In this document: one piece after another, positions 44,619-56,785 of the stretch
Layout: each line of letters starts with the position of its first letter
Position numbering within the stretch: position 1 is the stretch's first letter
Source of the DNA: the human T2T-CHM13v2.0 reference genome, Homo sapiens
Assembly (NCBI RefSeq): GCF_009914755.1
Contig: NC_060929.1
DNA length: 64,000 nucleotides
Reading direction: 5' to 3' (one strand)
Program-made: the position numbers and the translations under genes
Notes under the pieces: generated by a model
Database searches by the model: none
What the model was told of the DNA's origin: nothing
What the model saw: the letters and a program-made list of their open reading frames with translations, nothing else

Positions 44619-44994
44619 TGCTATGGACTGAATTGTGTCCCTCCAAATTCATGTGTTGAAGCCCTAACTCTCCATGTGACTGTATTTTGGAGATTGGGTC
44701 TTTAAGGTGGTGATTAAGGCTAGATGAGGTCACAAGGCTGGGGACCTGATCCAACAGGATTAGTATCCCTATAAGAAGAGACACCAGAAAGCTACTCCCC
44801 ACTCCCTGCCATGTGAGGACAGAGCAAGAAGACAGCCATCTGTAAGCCAGCAAGAGAGCCCTCACCAGGAACCAACCCTGCCAGACCTTGACCTTGGACT
44901 TGCTAGCCTTTGGAACTTTGAGAAGATAAATTTCTGTTGTTTAAGGCACCCAGTCTATGGTATTTTGTTATGGCCACTCAAGTGTACTAATACA
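44619..44994 (+). mobile_element. MLT1A/B-type MaLR solo LTR
   Basis: TGCTATGGACTGAATTGTGTCCCTCCAAATTCATGTGTTGAAGCCCTAA...CTAATACA; TSD TGTGG/TGTAG. Confidence 0.9.
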
Positions 44995-46934
44995 TGTAGT
45001 TTCCCAGGATTAATCCATTTATATGACCAATATCTGGCTGGAAAGACCTTTAAGTCTTCAACAACAGAAGCAGAATTCTTCAAATGATGCCACTAGTAGT
45101 TAATGAATTCTATCCAAATAAGTAGCAGGTATAATGATCCATATTTTTACAATACGAAAAGCAGCATTTAACTATTTTCTGTTTACAAAAGTCACACCAC
45201 AAACACTGTCCACTTTAATTCTCAGAGTAGTGCTATGATATTGTGAGAGGCAAGAAAATTCAAGCTCAAGAGAGGTTGAATGAGTTATCTAAAGCCACAT
45301 AGCTTCTAAGTGGCAAAGCTGAATTCTAGCCTCAGTGTTTGACTTTTGGACAAGACTGTGTAGACTCAGGGAAATAGTTTAGATTCTCTGACCTTTCATG
45401 GCTGTATCTACCAAGTGGCAAAAAAGAGCTCAAAATAAGGCACTGTAACCCAAGGAGAAATCAGGAAAATTTAGAACGAAGGTTTTGTCTTTGTCCTTAA
45501 TTTACCTGACAGCATTTTCTGAAGTAATGGATGTCTCAAAAATGTGTGGGATGCAATATGCCACATTTGCAGCAATTGCTAGGCAGAATAAGGAGAATTG
45601 GGGAAGGTGTTAGCGGCATCCTGCCTTATCAGCTGTCAAGGCCATTTGCTCTTGTTTACCTGAAGCATGCCACTTAAGAAGCACTTCATTTTCCACTGAT
45701 AAAAATTAGAGGATTTAAATTTTGGGGGCAAGGATTCCAGAATGAAAAAAACCATTTGGCTGAAGTGTGTGCATTTGATCTCTTGGAAAAAACAGAGATT
45801 TGTGAAAACAAAAACCATTACAAGTCGATGCAAGCCTCGTACAAGAAGATGTATGCAGAGGTTTCTTCAGTTGGTCAGGCTTATGCACACGTCCCTGTTA
45901 TACAATCACTGAATTACTGCTTTGCTTAATTGCTTCCATTTTAAAGAGAAAAACAACGTAATAAGACTAAGATCTAAAAGGAAAAACATGCAATGCTTCT
46001 TTCTCATCAAACTGGGAGAGGAATAAGAAATTAACATTTATTGCATGCTTACTCCATGTCAGGCTCTGTGCCAGGCTCTTGGGATGGGTATGTTGCATTT
46101 TCATCTTCACAGCAACTCTGTGAGGTAGAGAGTATCATTTACATTTTTACGAATTAAGAAATAGAGTTGTTAACTTCTTCAAGCTTTTTCTCTTTGGAAC
46201 TTGGGGATTGAAACAAGATCAGATGACTCAGAAATCCTTGCCGTCGCTGCTAATGGAATCCAGTTACTCCCTTCCCATTCTCCCTCTATGATGATTCCAG
46301 GAAGGGATGAGGCCCTCTTGACCCTGGGGTATATGAGGACAAGGGACCTGGGACAGGGACACTTTTCGTAAGTGCCACACTTCAAGGTAAAAATGCCCAT
46401 CTTTGCTACTTAAAGAGCAAGTTCCTCTTGAGGTTCTGGGGTGCCTTCCCTTCTTCCTCATTAACTTATTTCTCCCACAGTGAAAGCAGAGAAGGTCTCT
46501 TTTCCATGTGACGATGACTTTTGTATTTTTGCCTGCCCAGTGATAGTTCCCTTTGCAGGGTCCACAATCAGGGTGAGGTGTGGGGAGGTCTCAGTCTCTC
46601 TATAGCTTTGGATGATCTGAAATTGTCTGGGAGTCACTTTCCAGCCTGGGTCATTGGTGGCCTCAGGATTCACTGACAAGTCCAGAAGAACAAGACATGT
46701 TTCCTGGGCCGCCAAGGTCCCTCTTCTCAGATGTGAGGAGGGGATGCAAAAGGCTACTCCAGGAGACATAGCATGATTCTGCAAGTGCATTTTGGCTGAA
46801 CATCATGAGATGTATTTTTCTTTGTAGATCAGGTTATAAAAGCACATAGTATAGATACTGGACTAAATAACCATCTGTAGTAGTGTAATTCAGCCACATT
46901 ATAGGTTCTTAAAGACAGTTTCGATAGCTAGGGA

Positions 46935-47115
46935 GGCTGTTTAACAATAGTAGCTAGGAGCATAGACTTTGAAGTCAGACTGTCTGGCTTTGTATCTCAA
47001 CCCTACCACTTAGCTGTGTAACCTTGGGCAAGTGTTCTTGGACCTTTATGTGCTTCAGTCTCTATCTGTAAAATGAAAATGGTAATACTGACCTTACAGC
47101 GTTGTCAGGAGTATT
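46935..47115 (+). mobile_element. MIR
   Basis: TTAGCTGTGTAACCTTGGGCAAGTG...TATCTGTAAAATGAAAAT. Confidence 0.8.
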
Positions 47116-47149
47116 GCTGCTAAGAAGTGGCAATTCTGAGGATGATCCA

Positions 47150-48460
47150 TTTGAAGGTCATCTGTATTTTTTTCTCTGGCTGTTTTTAGGATTTTCTTTG
47201 TCTTTGGTTCCCTGCAGTTTCACTGTGATGTGTGTAGGTGTGACTTTCTTCTTATATAAGTGCCACACTCCTAAGTAAAAATGCCCATCTTTGCTGCTTA
47301 AAGAGCAAGTCCTCTTGAAGTTCTGGGGCATGCCCCCCTTCTTTATTAATTTATTTCTGCTTGAGTTAAAGCAGAGAAGGTCTCTTTCCCATGTGAGAAA
47401 GACTTTTGCATTTTGCCTGCCCAATTGCTTGGGAATTGTTGGTTCTCCTGAGTCCATGGATTGATGTCTCTGATTGGCTGTAAATTATTTTCAGTTATGA
47501 CTTCTTCCCATGATGCTTCTTCCCCATTTTCTCCCCCTTCTCCCTCTTGAACTCCAAGTAAATAAATGTTAGACTCTCCCACTGTATCCACCGCATCGCT
47601 CTCTCTCTTCCTTTTTTTGTGTCTGTGTCGTATTCCAGATAGTTTTCTGATATTTTGTGGTTTAATTCTCTGTTCAGTTGTATCTTAGCAGCTGTTAAAT
47701 TCTTCCACTGATTTATTAATTTTGATTATTACTTTTTTCAGTTCTAGAATTTTAATTTGTTTCTTTTTCAAATCTGCCAAATCCTCTTCTCATAGTTTCC
47801 AATTTCTTTCTAAAATTTAAGCCTTTGTTTTTAATGCCTTTGAGTGCTATACATATGGTTGTATTACAGTCTGTAGCTGGTAATTTCAGTATTCGAAGGC
47901 AGCCTCTATTTCTGTTGTTTCTACTGGCTCTCGCCTGTGTGGTTACATGTGCTCATGAATCTGGTTATCCTTCACAGCTTTGGCTTCTGCTGAGTGTGGG
48001 GTGTTGTCTGGTGACTGACTTATTCTGAGTGCAAGGCTTGAGGTGTCCTAGATGACTCGTTGCTGCAAGGCAGGCTGACAGTCCACCCCAGAGCTGGTTC
48101 ACTTGGGATTCACCCTTTCCCAGAGTTGTAGCCTTTGGGGCACAGATGAATCTGGGTGGTTCACTACATTCTCCACTTTTGGTGTCCCTGGCTTTTCCTT
48201 TAGCCTCCTTTTACCCTTGAATCTGTTAAAATAAGAAGCTCAGTTTTACAACTTTTTCTACCAAATTAGCAAATACTCATGGGTACTCAATTTACCCAAG
48301 TAGGTTCTCAGTTTCTAGAATTTGGTCTTCCAGTGCTTACTACATTGATAACTCTTTGAGGCCTTTTAAGAGGATGTTTTAAACTATTCAGTGTTTTGAG
48401 TTGTCCTTATTGGGCACGTTGGTCCTAATTTCTTAGTGTGCCATTACTAGAAGTGGAAGT
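47150..48460 (-). mobile_element. Old L1M ORF1/5' region, interrupted by a ~167-bp local duplicate
   Basis: CAGTTTCACTGTGATGTGTGTAGGTGTG...GGATTGATGTCT motifs; minus-strand ORFs show L1 ORF1-like remnants (SNIYLLGVQEGE, TPTHITVKL). Confidence 0.7.
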
Positions 48461-51241
48461 TCCCCATTCTGACTTTGATACAAGAAGATTGGTTGCCCTA
48501 TTATGTCTGTTGCTGTTTGTTTGAGGAAGATACTTTTGTGACACCTTTTTCTGCCCGTTTCCCTTTTTGATACTCCTTTTTCCTATATAAGAACTATATT
48601 TATTTGATTTGGAAAGGGGTAAATATAATCATCTTATCATTCCTCCTGGCAGAGGTAGCCGTTGAGGAGTAAGGCTTTTTTGATGAGTAGAACACTGGTG
48701 ATTTGACAGAAAAGAATAATACTTCTGGCCAATATTTTCCATTAATTTTTCTGTTACCATCTTAAAAGCATCAGAGTTTAAGGAGATAATTTTCTATTTC
48801 GACCCTTCCATTGAGGTCACTTTTTTTACGAAGTCTAATCTCTGCAATTATGACATCACATTTTATTGTAGAGCAAAGCATCGTACTTTCAGAGGGCAAA
48901 TATCATTTAAGTGATAGAACTGATTTTTCCCCCAAAATAAACACAGCTCAAGAAAAAGCAGCAAGAAAATTAATTGGTATACTAGGAGCAGGAACTGATC
49001 TCCTGGTTTGCTAGGTAAACATCTGTTTTTAGGGTAATATCAGGTGTTCCTCTGAGGGAAATTTGTACTTTAATACATGAATATATTGGTTCAAAGTAAT
49101 TATGAAGAAAACAGTGTTCCATGTGTGTTGCGATCTTATTGTAAATGAGTATAAATTTTAAAGGGTAAAGGATCGTAGTAATCAAGTCACACTTGAAAAT
49201 TCTTCACCTGGAGACACCTAATGATTAATGTAAATGAGGTTGGAGAGGAAAGACTATGAGAGGTGCTATTTGCTGCTGTTGTATTTTCCTTAGCAGTTTT
49301 CCCCTTTCACATCTTTGGATTCCAAATTCCTGTCTCCAAAGCATCAAGCTTTCTAATGATTGGCAAAAACCACTCAAAATATTAACATTTGTATTCTGCT
49401 TCTTAGAAGAAACCTTTGAAATATGAGAGAAAAAGAAATTGAAGATGACTGCGCCTATAGATTTATTTTATTCATTTGAAATTTTACCAGCATAAAGTCA
49501 ACTTATAGTGAACATAATTCTCTTTCAAAAAGTCTTCATTTGACGTTACCCTCCAAAGATTGCTTAGATTAATGGGACGAAAGTTTTGGGTAAAAGCTTG
49601 GGATACCTGAAATTTGCAGCTGTATACCCCTGGCTCTTGACGTGAGACTTGACATTGAACCTTACAAAGAGGGCAACCTTAGGTGATATCATTGGTCACA
49701 AATGCATTACAGAAAATGTTTTCTCTTAGTTAAATTGATATATCTAGCTCCTAAGTTGATTGATTCAATATAATTGAAGACTGAACTATAATGGATTTTG
49801 AGTATTCTATATTTTATTTAGTATTTATATATATAAATATGTAACTATATTTTATTGAGTATTTATAGTTATTACTGATATGAAGTATGCTTTCACATTC
49901 TTTTCATTAATATGGCCTAAAAGATTACTAAAAAGTAATGCATTGGGACTTTGTGTGGAACTAATAAGTAGATAATCTCTATGATTGTATCCTTGCTTGA
50001 AAAATTTTACGATGTTCTGTTCAGATCTATTTGTTATCCATTGTGGATCACAGATACAAAAAGAATCTGGTTGCTAAGCAACTAGATTATATATGATGGA
50101 ACTCCTTGAAAGAACTTAAGTGTTAACTCTTTAGAAATTGAGAGGTGTCTGAGACATCGTGAATCCCTTACTTTTAAAAGTAGATATGCATTATGCTCGG
50201 AAAAGAACTACAGTGAAAAACTGCCTCAAAAGTAGACAAAAATGATCTCAGAACTATTTGAATAACTGCTTTCCAATTTAGAAAATTCAGTCATTAAAAA
50301 AAAATTGAAATAATTGCACTGAAAATGATAGGTTAGTGCTTTCTTTTAAGATTCCCATCTCTAATGGGTTTATTAGCCACCTCTTTTCTCTAGTCATTGT
50401 GTCGTTACCAAACTCCCAAAACCAAGTATGTAATGACGCACTTAGTTTCCTTCTGCCTTTCTCACAAAGGGGCTGATCTTTCAGGCTTTGTTTGTTTTGT
50501 CTTTTTTTTTCATTTTTTTCCTATCAAGTTTCGATTTTGTGAAATACAGTTGAACAATGGTTGGAACATTAACTTGAAATGAAAAGAATCATAATTGGAG
50601 TTAATTTTTTAAATCAGTTTATCAGTTCTCCAACAATAACTGATTTCTTTTGTGCCTGCTGTTTTCTGTTCTTCTTGAAATGTCTTATGTTTTCCTGGAT
50701 GGACCAGTAATAGCAGATGCTTCTGTATAGGTAGAGGTGAGAGCTCACTATATTTCTTCATTTGTGTATGCTCTCTGTAGCCTTAGGGGAGTACGGTTGT
50801 TTTAAATAAATGGAACCTTTTGGGGAGACAGGGAGGGTGGATGTGTCTTCTGATTTTATGAGTCTCTTTTGTTTCTAGAGAATCTTTCATTTCTGTTGCT
50901 TGCTTTTTCTTTTCCTCCTTTCACCATCAAGCATCCAGGGGAGGTGACCCTCCAAGTTACCTCCCTCCCTCCGAAGTGGTGCCCTCCCAAGACTTTGGTC
51001 CTGGCAACTTTTCAGCCCCTTCTTTCATTTCCTCTGTAGCCAAGGATCAGACTTGTTCTCAGTATTTCCACACTTAGGGTGGTACACTCTTTCTGGGGGT
51101 GATTTTCATCTGTTCCCCAACCAGGCTCTGCTGCCTGACTCTCTTTTCTGGAAAGGTTTCTGCTGCTTTCAGACGTTCATTTTTCTCCCTATGCATTAAT
51201 TGAAGTTTAGAGTATGTTTCGTGTCCTGGCTATGCTACAGG

Positions 51242-51892
51242 CAGGGCTGGCTTCATAGGCATGCCACCAACGCGGCTGCACAGGGCCCTATTCTCAGAAG
51301 GGCCTCTCACCTGGGGTTTAATGCTTGGCAGTCACTGTCTTAAAATCCTTAATAATTTAGTATTTGAATTTGTGTTTTGTAAGTGAAGTCTGATGGGACA
51401 ATGGAGCATGTGCCAGGACCTTGAAGCCTTGGCTCACACATGAGCCTGCCTCCCCTTCCCCAGCAACACTTACTCCTCACCTCCCCAGCCCCGAACTCCC
51501 CTGGCTGAATTCTCAGCCACCTGCCTCCGTGTCTGCCTTGCAGCCACTGAGGTCCTCTGGCTGAGGCAGCAACCTGGCTGCATTGCAGGCGGAGGTCAGT
51601 GCTCTGTCCTAGCCTTCCACACCCACCAGGGACCTGGAGGCATGTGTGGAAAGGTTGAGGTTCCTGGTTGACAGTGTCATGGTACATTCAGCCAGCAACT
51701 CAGTGGGGCCTCTCGTCTACTACAGATCCAGGTACGGGGTGTGTCCTGGCACAGAGGTTTCGATTCCTTGGAAGCTGCCAGTTCACTGTGGTTTGGGTGG
51801 ACTCTGGGAAGGGGAAATTGATTTCTCTGCCCTGGGCTGGAGCCCTCATTTTCATCTTGGAGTAAGCCCTGCCAACTGTGTAGTGTGCCCTG
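51242..51892 (+). mobile_element. MER45-family (hAT-Tip100) element
   Basis: Termini CAGGGCTGGCTTCATAGGC...GTAGTGTGCCCTG; internal CACAGGGCCC...CTCAGAAGGGCC. Confidence 0.8.
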
Positions 51893-52445
51893 GCTGTAGA
51901 AGTGAGTTTTGGGTGGTTTTATTTGCTCTCGTGGTTGATTTATATGGTTTTGGAGAGATTCGAATTTAGGCAGTTGTCATTATCTCATGGGAAACTGGAA
52001 GTTCCTTATTTCTTTTAATTTGCTTTTATCAAACTTTTTTCCAAACTGTAAAAGCAATTTGTATTTTTTTGCAACAAAACAAACAATATGCGGGTATACA
52101 AAGAAAAAGTCAACATTCTATTTCCACTCCCTCTCAAAGTGACCAGTGTTTACATTGGGTACGTATATGAGGTCTTCCCACACTTTTATTCACAATCATA
52201 TCATACACACACGCATGCTCACACACATTTATATGTGCAAATCTACATATACACAAGCCATGTGGGGGATTTGAGGGTGTGGTAAAAATGCTTATATCTT
52301 GATAACCTGAAAGTCCCTCTACTTCAGTGCATCTGAATCCAACTCATTCTTTTTAAGAAAACATAATATTCTATATCCATAGATTTGCCATTATTCAGTC
52401 ACGCATCTTGTAATGATGAACATTTAGGTTGTTTCCAGTTTTTTA

Positions 52446-52509
52446 GTGCTATGATCATGCCACTGTGCTACAGCCTAGGTGACAGAGGGAGACCTTGGCT
52501 CTAAAAAAA
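52446..52509 (+). mobile_element. Alu 3' fragment
   Basis: GTGCTATGATCATGCCACTGTGCTACAGCCTAGGTGACAGAGGGAGACC...AAAAAAA. Confidence 0.75.
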
Positions 52510-52959
52510 TGAGGAAGAGAAACTAAATAAATAACTTCTATGGTGTGTCCTGGGCTCTGTACAGATTTATTCTATTCTGTACCTTATTTCTGTATTCAGA
52601 CATCAACATCACTGGTGTTTAGAATGATAATAATGAGGTACTGCAAAGTTATTTATAATATACTAAACTTGTAAGGCATGAAGAGCCAACTATTACATTT
52701 TAGGAAAAAATCTCAAACCAAAAAAGAGTTGAAGCATATAGATTTTCTGAATAATCTTCATTTGACTAAAAATTTACTTTACCAGAATGCTTTTTCTTGA
52801 TTATTTTGTTTAACTGGTATTTTGCTTAGCTCTGTTATTCAATTTATTTAAGAATAATTTATTAAATCCCTACTAGGTTCCAGGCATTTTTCCAGGTGCT
52901 AGGGTAATAGCAGTGAATTGAATGGTAGTGAACGTACATAGAATATGATGTCAATCACA

Positions 52960-53545
52960 AGAAAGTAGATATATCTAATAAACTAACATAGAAGATAAGA
53001 TATATTAGACATTTCAGAAATACTTAGTACATCCAAAAGAAAACAGAAAAAGGGGAATGGGGGGAACTAAGAACAGAGAAGAGAAGTACAAAACAAAAAG
53101 CAAGATGATAGATTTAAACCCAACCACATCAATAGTTGTATTAAATGTAAGTAGTCTAAGTATCTGAATTAAAAGGCAGAGATTATCAGATAGGATAAAA
53201 GAAAAGTCAAGAGCCAACTATATGCTGTCAACAAGACATCCACTTTTAATATAAAGACACAGAAAGCTTAAAAGTATAGAAAAGGATGCACCAGCCTAGT
53301 ACTAACCAAAAGAAAACAGAAGTGGCTATTTTCATTAATATTAAACAAAATGAATTTTAGAACTAAGAATATTACCAGTGATAAGTATTATCATTTTATA
53401 ATTTAAAAAGAGGCCAGTGAGTCAAGAGGACATAATAATACTAAAATATTATGCATCTAATAATAGGGCTTCAAAATATGTAAACACTGATAGAACTGGA
53501 AGGAGAAATAAATAAATAAACCAACATTTATAGCCAGAGTTCTCA
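52960..53545 (+). mobile_element. Old L1M inter-ORF/ORF2 start fragment
   Basis: AATTAAAAGGCAGAGATTATCAGATAGGATAAAA...CCAACTATATGCTG: decayed endonuclease N-terminus region. Confidence 0.75.
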
Positions 53546-53558
53546 ACACCCTTTTCTT

Positions 53559-53805
53559 TTTTAAAAAATTTAATTTAATTTAATTTTAAGTTCTGGGATA
53601 CGTGTGCAGGATATGCAGGTTTGTTACATATGTAAACATGTGCCATGGTGGTTTGCTGCACCTATCAACCCATCCCCTAGTTATTAAGCCCGGCATGCAT
53701 TAGCTATTTATCCTGATGCTCTCCCTCCCCCATCCCCAACCCTGACAGGCCCCAGTGTGTATTGTTCCCCTCCCTGTGTCCATGTGCTCTCACTGTTCGG
53801 CTACA
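53559..53805 (-). mobile_element. 5'-truncated L1PA (mid-age) 3' end
   Basis: TTTAAGTTCTGGGATACGTGTGCAGGATATGCAGGTTTGTTAC...; TSD CAACACCCTTTTCTT/CAACACTCTTTTCTT. Confidence 0.9.
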
Positions 53806-53915
53806 TGCAACACTCTTTTCTTAATAGCAATTTGGGGAAAAATATTCAGGGCAAAAGAAAAGTGCAAGGATCCTGAGGTCAGAAAGAGCTTGAGTGTTTA
53901 GAGGAACCCAGAGCA

Positions 53916-54217
53916 GCCGGGTGCAGTGGCTCACACCTGTAATCCCAGCACTTTGGGAGGCTGAGGCCGGCAGATCACCTGAGGTCAGGAGTTCAAGACC
54001 AGCCTGGCCAACATGGTGACACCCCGTCTCCACTAAAAGTACAAAAATTAGCTGGGCATGGTGGCAGGTACCTGTAATCCCAGCTACTCAGGAGGCTGAG
54101 GCAGGAGAATTGCTTGAACTGGGGAGGCGGAGGTTGTAGTGAGCCGAGATTGCATCACTGCACATCAGCCTGGGTGACAAAAGCGAGACTCCATCTCAAA
54201 AAAAAAAAAAAAAAAAA
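53916..54217 (+). mobile_element. AluSx-like, inserted in L2
   Basis: Full Alu; TSD AGGAACCCAGAGCA. Confidence 0.96.
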
Positions 54218-54938
54218 GGAACCCAGAGCAGACCAGTGTGTTTAGAGCAGAGTGAACTGATGGAGCATGGTCCATTGTAGACCAGGGAGATAGGCAGGGG
54301 CAGGGGCTAGATTGCATAAGACCTTGTGAACCATTGTAAGGAGTTTGCAAAAGCACTAAACATGTTTGCTTCATACTGTGGCTTTGATTTAATATTTAAT
54401 CATTAGCTGTATCTTAGAATTTCTCCACAGCCTAAAACTGAAAACAGTAGGTGACAAAGAACCCCACACTTTAAAAAACAGGCTGGACCTGATAGGATAC
54501 CATCAGGAAACAGATATGTATTCCTCCCATCCCTTCTTTCAAACCTGTTCTGTCAGATCTGCATCTCTGAATTGTATCTCAGGGATCTATCACAGCTTTT
54601 GAGTCTTATTTTCAGTTATTAAAAAGTTCAGTCTGATCTTAATCAAAACTCCCATCTCCCATTATTCAGTTCAGTGCTCTTACGCTTCCTTCAGCTCAGC
54701 ACTGCCCTTGTCTTGGAAATTGCAACAGGGAAGAGCTAGCTGTGTGGTCTTTGTCTCAGCTCCCTGGCTTTTCCTCCTCCTGTACAGACTGTTGGTTCCT
54801 CAGGGTCTGGGCAGGGGCAGTGAGAGGCAAAAAGGGAGAAATTGGTTTTCTGAGGGTCTTCTAACTCTCTCTCTTTAGGTACTGAATAACTTCTCTCATG
54901 GAATACTTTGGTGGTTATTTTTCTGTTCCCTGCCTCCA

Positions 54939-55002
54939 ACACACACACACACACAGACACACACACACACACACCCCCGCCCCCCCCCCCCCCCCACACA
55001 CA
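54939..55002. repeat. Compound (CA)n / poly(C) microsatellite
   Basis: Read directly from the sequence. Confidence 0.93.
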
Positions 55003-55786
55003 CGAATGTTTCTGCCCCTTGACAGGGGACTGTGCTCTCCAGCTGACCTGTTTGCATACCCTCCTCTCCTGGTTCCTGCTTTTTGGGTACAGCTCCAGCC
55101 TCTTCCTGCTAAAATCCCCTCACTCCGGTGGCAGTCAGCCCTCCTGGGTAGGGTCCCTTCCAGGTAGTTCAAGTCTGCTCCTGTCTTCTAAAGACATTGT
55201 CCACTTGGCCCATAGAACAGGTTACAAACCTTTGCCCCACAAGAGATTGGAATGTAAGCTTCTCTCGCTATCTTCTTGCCCTCTCCCTTCAAGGGCAGCT
55301 CCAGGCAGCTCCCATCTCTGTGGTACATGCCCCAACTCTCCTAAAAACCCTTCTGCACCTTCTCTGGTGGCAACTTGTGGAGGCCTAGGAGTTTCTTTCC
55401 ACAACCCAGCAAGAGTTCTGCCTGGGAGGCCAGCCTCTCCTCCAGCAAGCACATTGCTCCCTTGGGTAAGTTCCCTTGCTACTGCCCTCACTTGGAAGGG
55501 GAATTTCCTCCCCACTTCTCTACTCTAAGAAGGAGGGGGAACTCTGCAGCAATCCCTACTAAGCCAACAACTCTTTCAAAAGTCCCCTTCACCCAGCAAG
55601 TCCCCAGCTTTCTCTTAAAGACACTGAAGATGGGAGGTGAGCTCAGGGTGGTGGGGGTATGTTTCCCACATCCTGGCAAGTTCTTTCTAGATGAGTCTCT
55701 ATAGTGTGGGATCTTTATTTCAGCTTTCAGCCATTTAATATCCTGTTTCCTGTGGAAAAAAGTTTGACTATAGAAATAAAGCTATC

Positions 55787-56106
55787 AGCCGGGCGTGTTG
55801 GCTCACCTCTGTAATCCCAGCAGTTTGGGAGGCCGAGGTGGGTGGATCATCTGAGGTCAGGAGATCGAGACCAGCCTGGCCAACATGGTGAAACCCCATC
55901 TCTACTAAAAATACAAAAAGATTAGGTGGCCATGGTGGCCCATGCCTATAATCCCAGCTACTTGGGAGGCTGAGGCAGGAGAATCGCTTGAACTCGGGAG
56001 TTGCAGTGAGCAAACATCACGCCATTGTGCTCCAGCCTGGGCAACAAGAGCAAAACTCCATCACAAAAAAAAAAAAAAGAAAAAAAAGAAAAAAAAAAGA
56101 AAGAAA
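55787..56106 (+). mobile_element. AluS-type
   Basis: Full Alu with long A-rich tail; TSD AAAGCTATCA. Confidence 0.95.
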
Positions 56107-56424
56107 GCTATCACACTTAATTGTACTGATGAAATAAAAAACACCAGCTAATTTGGTCATTCAGGATTCTTTTGAAAAGCTCTCATATGGCAGTAGAAAT
56201 TTAAGACTGCACCATTAAACATATTTTTCAGAAATCAGTTCATCAGTTTACCATTTGGTTGGGAAAGGAGGAGGCCTTTTCCTGTAAGGAGCATTTTAAA
56301 AGTGACATTTAAAAATTAGCTACCACGTATGCAAATACTTCTGAAAACTTTTATGTCAAATTTAATGATTTGATCAATTAGGAAATAGCAAATATATCCA
56401 TAGACATCAGTTGCATAGACTTGA

Positions 56425-56785
<361 letters not shown>

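Noticed and set aside
47158-47591. Minus-strand ORFs sharing peptides with ORFs at 46179-46790
   Set aside because: Explained by the 170-bp DNA duplication plus decayed L1 ORF1, not by paralogous genes.
54736-55704. Cluster of overlapping ORFs up to 206 aa
   Set aside because: Driven by the (CA)n/poly(C) microsatellite and pyrimidine-rich sequence; no protein-like features or exon structure.
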